From the IMG/VR virus record IMGVR_UViG_3300046808_001241, positions 124,001-188,000 of that record: 64,000 nt of DNA; one strand, 5' to 3'. Position 1 is the first letter of the stretch. Every line of letters begins with the position of its first letter. A program made the translations under genes and the position numbers. The notes under the pieces are model-generated. The model made no database searches and had not been told where the DNA came from. It was given only the letters and a program-made list of their open reading frames with translations. Of the stretch, positions 58,149 through 64,000 are shown piece by piece.

Positions 58149-58340
58149 ATGCAAATTACTATTCAAACTCGTGCAGGACTATTCATTGTCCCAGAACACA
58201 AAGAAGCAGAGCTTATTATGTGGCTTCAAACCAACGCCATCAAAGCGGGTCAACAAACGGTATATGAGCAAGGCCAAACAATTAGCCAAGGATATACTGG
58301 CCGTCAGTTGATTTCGGAGGATCTTGGAAGGGAGTTTTGA
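58149..58340 (+). CDS. Hypothetical protein
   Basis: 63 aa; overlaps the dcd start. Confidence 0.55.
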   Translation: MQITIQTRAGLFIVPEHKEAELIMWLQTNAIKAGQQTVYEQGQTISQGYTGRQLISEDLGREF

Positions 58341-58852
58341 TTATGAAACACATTCTAGGACCCAATTCAAGAAGCACTCTTACAAACGTTCAAGAAGGAG
58401 ACAGCCAACCAAATGCTGTTGATCTTCGTTTGGATAAAGTTTTTAAGATTCTTCCAACTGTATTTGAGATTTCTGACACTCATAAGAAGTTGAGAGAAAC
58501 TCAAGAAGTGCTTCCTGATGAAGAAGGATATTTTAATCTTGAAGTAGGAGATTATGAGATAGTTATGAGTAATATTATTAGCGTAGGAAGTGGAGAATCT
58601 GGTTGGATTATTATAAGAAGTTCGTTAAATAGGTCTAACATCTTCACCACGTCGGGCTTGTTTGATAGCAAATACACTGGTTGCGCTGCGGCCTGTTTGC
58701 ATGTTGGTACAGGGCCTGCTCGAATCAAAAAAGGAACTCGCGTTGCTCAATATCTAAGTTTTGATGCTGAAATGCTCCATGGTTATAATGGAAGTTATGG
58801 ATTTGGAGCAGATGGAAAACCAAAAGCAGATGAAGCAAAATATCACGCGTAG
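58337..58852 (+). CDS. dcd: dCTP deaminase / trimeric dUTPase-family protein
   Basis: QPNAVDLRL, RSSLNR, SGLFDSKYTG, RVAQ, YNGSYG. Confidence 0.8.
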   Translation: MIMKHILGPNSRSTLTNVQEGDSQPNAVDLRLDKVFKILPTVFEISDTHKKLRETQEVLPDEEGYFNLEVGDYEIVMSNIISVGSGESGWIIIRSSLNRSNIFTTSGLFDSKYTGCAAACLHVGTGPARIKKGTRVAQYLSFDAEMLHGYNGSYGFGADGKPKADEAKYHA

Positions 58853-58858
58853 CGACTA

Positions 58859-59953
58859 TTAATAAAGCCGTTCGCATTGCTTTAAATGACTAGGCTTTCG
58901 TCTACCTCCAAAACACCATGCTAAGTCTAAATCTTTTTCTGCATAAGACCAAAGATACCCATGAGCTGATCTTGTTCCATTGCTTTTTCTGCAGCACTCT
59001 ATAATCGCAGACGTATGGTTCTTGCCAACTGCCTTGGCTGCGTCAAGAAAACTACGAAACGTTTGTATGTATTCCCCTGAAAAGTTATATTGAGTTACCG
59101 CTCTAACTGCTCTTCCTGTACTCTTTTTCATTTTGGGTCGAGGGTCAATGGGTAGGCCACATTTAAAGGCTGCGACCCTTTGAGAGCGATTAGTTGGTAT
59201 ATATGGTCCTGGGGACTTGAAAGTAAATGTCCATCTAAATCCCAAAGATATAGAACCTATTCTAGCGCTTTTGTATATATTTCCTGAACCTTCTTGTCTA
59301 TAACCTAGTATGCAATCCTTTGCAGTTTGGGCATTGGGATATCGGTTTATGTAGTTCCCGTGCAAATCCCATTGATATACAGGTCTTTTCTTCTCAAAAC
59401 ACCACTCCAAATCAAGCTGCTCGTTTTCATAAGACCAAAAATATCCTCCGGTAGATTTTTGACCGTCGCTTCTCATGCAACACGCACTTACTGCAGAAGA
59501 AGTGTTTTGTCCGCAATGTTGCGCAGCAGCCAAACAACTGGGAAACGAGCGAATATATTCTCCGAACAAGTTATATTGCTTGACTGGGGAACATAATTTA
59601 TGACTCGGTTCTTCTCCCAGCTTTATGTTGGTAAGAATACCGCCCTCATCGAGATTGGATCGTCCCCATTTTTGTATCAATCTTTTTTCTTCATCTAATG
59701 CAGTTTGCTCGTCAAAACTTTCAAATACTATTTCATATTTTGGTCCATAACCTAACTTTTTTAATTTTTCTATTTTATTAAATTTGTATGGATTGCTCAT
59801 TTTATCAGAAGACCAGTTGTGATAATGCGCTTCGACTCGCTTTCCTTTTCCCTTTCCAACATAAAAAGGTTGATCATTTCTTGGGTCTATGAGAACATAG
59901 ACGTAGTACATAGAATCTGCAGGTAGTTTTTGATTTTCGTTTGTCATAAGCAT
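58859..59953 (-). mobile_element. GIY-YIG homing endonuclease with NUMOD1 repeats, antisense to the operon
   Basis: YYVYVLIDPRNDQPFYVGKGKGKR...H; three PV.Q(Y/W)...G.YI..(F/Y).S...AA repeats; CATAAGTA at 59957-59964. Confidence 0.85.
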
Positions 59954-59963
59954 AATTACTTAT

Positions 59964-60029
59964 GCTCAAGCGCTTTATTTTTTGGTTCGTTTGACATAAG
60001 CACTCTTCCTACCATTAAAGCGCTTGAGC
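59964..60029. repeat. Perfect 14-bp inverted repeat with 38-nt spacer
   Basis: GCTCAAGCGCTTTA (59964-59977) / TAAAGCGCTTGAGC (60016-60029), followed by T6 on the plus strand. Confidence 0.9.
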
Positions 60030-60057
60030 TTTTTTAATTTCATAGTAAAGTGTCTTC

Positions 60058-60243
60058 ATGCATAAATTTAAAGTAGGGGACAGAATCTGTAAGCCAAAAG
60101 GCTATACATTTGATGGAGAAGTTCGTTCCGTCTTTGAGACAATTAATGGAGACGTGAGAGTTGTTGCTGAGTTGACTACTTCTAATGGTCTTGGAATGCT
60201 TCATATTTTTAGCGAATCTCAGTTAGAATTGAGAGCAGAATGA
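60058..60243 (+). CDS. DfrB/R67-DHFR-like SH3-fold mini-protein
   Basis: FKVGDRICKPKGYTFDGEV...AE...GMLHIFSESQLE aligns by eye with R67 FGMGDRVRKKSGAAWQGQI...VE...GSVQIYPVAALE. Confidence 0.6.
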   Translation: MHKFKVGDRICKPKGYTFDGEVRSVFETINGDVRVVAELTTSNGLGMLHIFSESQLELRAE

Positions 60244-60977
60244 ATCACCAGTCGTTTATAGATTACTTCAATAGAGAAGAACAACTCATCCTTCAAGAAG
60301 GTCTAATAACGACATATCCAGCATCTGCTTTTGAGCATGCTTTAAAAACAAACTTTAAAGAGCATATTAAAGAATTGTTTGTAGATAAAAACTTTCTTGG
60401 TTTCAAAACAAAGTTTGAGCTACATTTAAAAGATGTTTCTAAATTAAAAGAAATTGAAAAATTTGCAAATACTTACGGTTATCATTTTGGAGCTTTTAAA
60501 GACAATCCTCCAATGGTACAAATCGAACCAAAATATCCTTACAAAGTATTCAAAGATGATCTACCAGAAAAAGCATATCATATTACAAGAAACGAACATC
60601 TTCAAACAATTCTTAATAAAGGATTGACTCCAAAAGAATCAAAAACGTTTTTTAAACATCCAGGAAATAGAATTTATTTGTTTGTTACGAAGAATTTGCA
60701 AGACGTTTTAAAGCTAAAAGAGCTTCTCAAAAAAACTTTTTCTGCTAGAGAACAAAACGTTGGGTTATCGGTTCTAGAAATAGATTCGTGGTCAGAAGTT
60801 TATTACCTAGATCCTAACCTTGAACCAAAAGATATTTCCAATCATAGCTTAAGAATCTTTACTTTGAGAAACATACCTCCTCAAATGATAAAATTTTTGC
60901 CAGAACTTTCAGATAATAATGGAAAAATCACAAAATCAGTAGAAGATTTCAAGTATCGACAAAATTTAAAGAAATGA
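60240..60977 (+). CDS. Tpt1/KptA-like ADP-ribosyltransferase-fold protein (paralog 2)
   Basis: YHITRNEHLQTILNKGLTP...HPGNRIYLF...VLEID...YYLDP...TLRNIPPQMI; N-terminal LQE|GLI. Confidence 0.65.
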   Translation: MNHQSFIDYFNREEQLILQEGLITTYPASAFEHALKTNFKEHIKELFVDKNFLGFKTKFELHLKDVSKLKEIEKFANTYGYHFGAFKDNPPMVQIEPKYPYKVFKDDLPEKAYHITRNEHLQTILNKGLTPKESKTFFKHPGNRIYLFVTKNLQDVLKLKELLKKTFSAREQNVGLSVLEIDSWSEVYYLDPNLEPKDISNHSLRIFTLRNIPPQMIKFLPELSDNNGKITKSVEDFKYRQNLKK

Positions 60978-61756
60978 GTGACGATAAAATAGAAAAAATT
61001 ACTCATATGACTTTTTATGAGTTTTATAAGCAAGAAGAGCGATTAGTGCTTGCTGAAGGTCTTATAAAGTCCTACCCAATTTTAAATTTTAAATTGGCTG
61101 TTTTACATACTTTTAGAGAGCATCTTTTACATATTGGAATCGGCCAATCTTTTGGAATGGATATAAATCTTGTTATCGTTTTAGATGAAAGAGACGAAGT
61201 TGCTCTTAAAGAGATTGAAGAATTTGCTGACACGTATGGTTATCATCTAGGATTTACAAAAAAACTTTTATATAAAGGTAAAGCTTGTAAAAGCCACCAG
61301 TTTGATCCAAAATATCCAATTGTCATCTCCAAAGAATATATTCCAAAAGTAGGCTTTCATATTGCCAGAAACGAACATTTGAAAAGCATTTTTGAAATTG
61401 GGCTAACTCCTAAAACGAGTAAGAGTGATTTTAAACACCCGGGCAACAGAGTATACCTTCTGGTTGCAAACTCTGTTAATTCAATTCTAAAGACTAAAGA
61501 AGTTTTAAGAGGACATGCTAAACGAAAAAAGCCGAACGAGATTGTTGAGTTGTCTGTGCTAAAAGTCAATATTAATGAAGACTTGGTTTATTATTTTGAC
61601 CCCAATCTTGAGCCAGGAGCTATTGATCCGGAATGCTTTGGAATGTTTGTTCTCAGAAACATTCATCCAGCATATGTTGAACTTCTTCCGGAATTGTCGG
61701 ATAATAAAGGAGTTTCGTCGAAATATAAAGAGTACCACAAAAATTTAAAGAAATGA
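60974..61756 (+). CDS. Tpt1/KptA-like ADP-ribosyltransferase-fold protein (paralog 3)
   Basis: FHIARNEHLKSIFEIGLTP...HPGNRVYLL...VLKVN...YYFDP...VLRNIHPAYV; N-terminal LAE|GLI. Confidence 0.62.
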   Translation: MSDDKIEKITHMTFYEFYKQEERLVLAEGLIKSYPILNFKLAVLHTFREHLLHIGIGQSFGMDINLVIVLDERDEVALKEIEEFADTYGYHLGFTKKLLYKGKACKSHQFDPKYPIVISKEYIPKVGFHIARNEHLKSIFEIGLTPKTSKSDFKHPGNRVYLLVANSVNSILKTKEVLRGHAKRKKPNEIVELSVLKVNINEDLVYYFDPNLEPGAIDPECFGMFVLRNIHPAYVELLPELSDNKGVSSKYKEYHKNLKK

Positions 61757-62685
61757 CCAATCCACTTTCGTCGCTTTGGGTAGAAGCTTATAGACCAAAA
61801 ACTCTTGAAGATATAGTCTTATCAAAAGATGATAGAGAGTTTTTTGAATCGCTACTAACAAAAAAAGAGATTCCTCATCTACTATTTGCTGGCTCACAAG
61901 GTCTGGGAAAAACTTCTTTGAGTCTTATAATTGCAAAACAACTTGCTCCAGCCTCTTACATGATTCTTAATGCTTCCGACACAAACGGAATTGACACAGC
62001 AAGAGGAACTATTTCGAATTTTGCCAAAACAAAATCAATTGATGGTAATATGAAAATCATTATATGCGATGAGTTTTGCAATTTTTCGGTAGAAGGACAG
62101 AAATGTCTGCGCAATTTAATGGAGTCTTTTGCAGAAAATACTAGATTTATAATTACAGCAAATTACCTTCACAAAGTAATTGCTCCAATTCAAAGTCGTT
62201 GCCAAATTATAAATTTAAACCCGACTCTTGAATCAACTGTTGCACGAATTGTAGAAATCCTCAAGAAAGAAAACATAACAATTCCTCAAGATCAAAAGCC
62301 ATTGCTGCTTAACCATATTCGCAAGTATCTTCCTGATATCAGAAGAATTGTGAATGATATGCAGAAGTTTAGTGTTACAGGAACACTCAACATTAAAACT
62401 GATGTTGCTTTGGAATTTGTTGAAAAGATCTTTAAGAAGCTTTGCAATAAACCCAATCTTGTCAACATCCGAAAAGAGATTATCGAAAACGAGAGAGCAT
62501 TTTCTAATGACTATCACTCGTTGCTCAAGCAATTATTTGAAGTAGTTTTTGAGTCTGATCTTCCTTCCGAGAAAAAGACTGAAGCAATGCTAATCATTTC
62601 CAAATCAATGGAACAACAAAGCTTCGTCATTGATAAAGAGATTGGAGCTTTTTCAGCTCTTATAAGCCTTTCCAAAGTCTTTTAG
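61753..62685 (+). CDS. gp44: Clamp loader AAA+ subunit, T4 gp44/RFC-like
   Basis: LWVEAYRPKTLEDIVL, HLLFAGSQGLGKTS, LNASD..GID, IIICDEF, RFI.T.NY..KVI.PIQSRC. Confidence 0.95.
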   Translation: MTNPLSSLWVEAYRPKTLEDIVLSKDDREFFESLLTKKEIPHLLFAGSQGLGKTSLSLIIAKQLAPASYMILNASDTNGIDTARGTISNFAKTKSIDGNMKIIICDEFCNFSVEGQKCLRNLMESFAENTRFIITANYLHKVIAPIQSRCQIINLNPTLESTVARIVEILKKENITIPQDQKPLLLNHIRKYLPDIRRIVNDMQKFSVTGTLNIKTDVALEFVEKIFKKLCNKPNLVNIRKEIIENERAFSNDYHSLLKQLFEVVFESDLPSEKKTEAMLIISKSMEQQSFVIDKEIGAFSALISLSKVF

Positions 62686-62975
62686 CTTCTTCCACAGCAT
62701 CTTCTTGGAGCTTGGGATTGAGGAGCGGTTGCAGCAGTGTTTGAGATAGGACCTGCAGAAGGAGTTGAAGCTTTAAAGACAGAAGTGGGACGATTTGTGT
62801 GCTGAACGGTTGGCAGAGAAGGAGATTGGACTCTGCCAATAAGAATAGACAAATTTCTTGAAGCTATAACAGAATCTTTACAGGGAGCTGTTTTGGCTTT
62901 TACTTCATCGTTTTCCAAAGCATATCCAACATACATTCCGTCTTCTTGAACTATTTTAAGTTTGTATTTGTTCAT
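62682..62975 (-). CDS. Hypothetical protein ending RRCCGRS
   Basis: 97 aa, coupled to the upstream hub-like gene. Confidence 0.55.
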   Translation of the reverse strand: MNKYKLKIVQEDGMYVGYALENDEVKAKTAPCKDSVIASRNLSILIGRVQSPSLPTVQHTNRPTSVFKASTPSAGPISNTAATAPQSQAPRRCCGRS

Positions 62976-64000
62976 AAAACTTTATCAAATTGAGATTCCT
63001 TTTCTTTGAATCTGTGAAGTTTAACAGCATATATCACGTTCATGTAAGAACCAGCTTCAAATAAATGATCTACTTTTACAACAAACCACTGGCCGTATAA
63101 TTTATTATTATAATCATTATCTGCACAACCTGCAACTTTATCAATTCCAATGAATGTTCCAGATTCCCTCAATGTAAGGCCGTATGTTTTAAAACAAATA
63201 CAAGCATTTTGGAATAAACCTGTATAAAGCAAATTATGAAATCCGTTTTTTTGCCTGACTATTTCGTTGTCTCCATTCAAAGTAAACGTTGGAAATACAT
63301 TGCGGTCTTTTTTTGTTTGATGTAAAGTAGGAAGAAATAGTTGTTCTTCGTCAGTTCCTTTTTTGTATAGCTTTGAAATGTAAGATTTGCTGATTGCTTT
63401 TCTTGCAGATAACACATCGTTTCCTTGAAATTGTATATTGAATTGTCTTTTTCCTATGTCAACAGAATATACTGGCGTTGTATTAAACATTGTAGAATTT
63501 GTTTCCGGGGACATATCTACAAAACTGTAAGAAATTATTTGTCCATATTTAAAAGTTTTTAAATCAACATCTTTTCCGTTTCCTCCCATTGGAGCTCTAT
63601 GAATGACAGCAGCAGGAGTTTCTTCTTGATCAGTATGGGAGGTGACAAAAAAATGTTCCTTTTGCAGTTCGCCTGGACCACTATCAGTATTTCCTGCTTT
63701 TTCGAAAAAATCTGTTAGAGGAGTTAAAACTAAAGGTTCGATCAAACCATAAGACGTAGCTCGTTCTGTGTGCAATAAACATAAATCATTTAATTGAGCT
63801 CCTTCAACTCCCTCAATTGATTTAGAACTAACATGATGAGCATAAACGTATTCTAGATCATCAAACGCTGTATATTGTGCAGGAGATGTATAAAATATAC
63901 TACTCGATCCAGTGTCCCAACTAATTCCAGGAGATACCGAAAATTCATAACTTCCTCCATACTCTGGTTTTGATAAAGCTTCGTTTAATATTTCAAGCAT
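62972..64000 (-). CDS. Probable baseplate hub (gp27-like); probably truncated by the window edge
   Basis: C-terminal G.TLR.SGTFI.ID...KLYGQWFV.KV.H.F....Y.N.I.AVK is typical of hub proteins. Confidence 0.55.
   Translation of the reverse strand: MLEILNEALSKPEYGGSYEFSVSPGISWDTGSSSIFYTSPAQYTAFDDLEYVYAHHVSSKSIEGVEGAQLNDLCLLHTERATSYGLIEPLVLTPLTDFFEKAGNTDSGPGELQKEHFFVTSHTDQEETPAAVIHRAPMGGNGKDVDLKTFKYGQIISYSFVDMSPETNSTMFNTTPVYSVDIGKRQFNIQFQGNDVLSARKAISKSYISKLYKKGTDEEQLFLPTLHQTKKDRNVFPTFTLNGDNEIVRQKNGFHNLLYTGLFQNACICFKTYGLTLRESGTFIGIDKVAGCADNDYNNKLYGQWFVVKVDHLFEAGSYMNVIYAVKLHRFKEKESQFDKVL

Noticed and set aside
1-64000. Prophage or host-chromosome junction, integrase, tRNA or rRNA genes
   Set aside because: None seen; gene content and promoter style are phage-like from end to end.

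Overview
This window is a 64-kb piece of a large, AT-rich T4-like (myovirus-type) dsDNA phage genome; no bacterial housekeeping operons, tRNA, rRNA or CRISPR array are visible. Most of it is a minus-strand late region: neck protein (gp14-like), baseplate wedge gp6 and gp25, a probable baseplate hub, a probable small terminase, very large baseplate/tail proteins, and many fibre/adhesin genes built from a few shared anchor modules. Almost every structural gene has an ATAA(A/G/T)TA late-promoter-like box about 5-15 nt before its start codon and no Shine-Dalgarno site. Plus-strand islands carry a class Id-type ribonucleotide reductase (nrdB, nrdA), a dCTP deaminase, a clamp loader, an Hsp20 and one of the two homing endonucleases (the other lies antisense between dcd and the next gene). 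The most notable observations are: (1) three paralogous Tpt1/KptA-like ADP-ribosyltransferase-fold proteins with a capsid-protein-like LxE|GLI N-terminus; (2) a DfrB/R67-DHFR-like SH3 mini-protein, separated from dcd only by a homing-endonuclease insertion; (3) a ROSE-like RNA thermometer and a 20-nt 5'UTR-3'UTR inverted repeat around hsp20; (4) a late glycosyltransferase/sulfotransferase operon whose last gene is out of frame at an A9 tract; (5) a homing endonuclease that duplicated the last 36 nt of nrdB; (6) a seven-member fibre family sharing a CIGDSL anchor. All protein calls are by-eye motif recognition; no searches were run.
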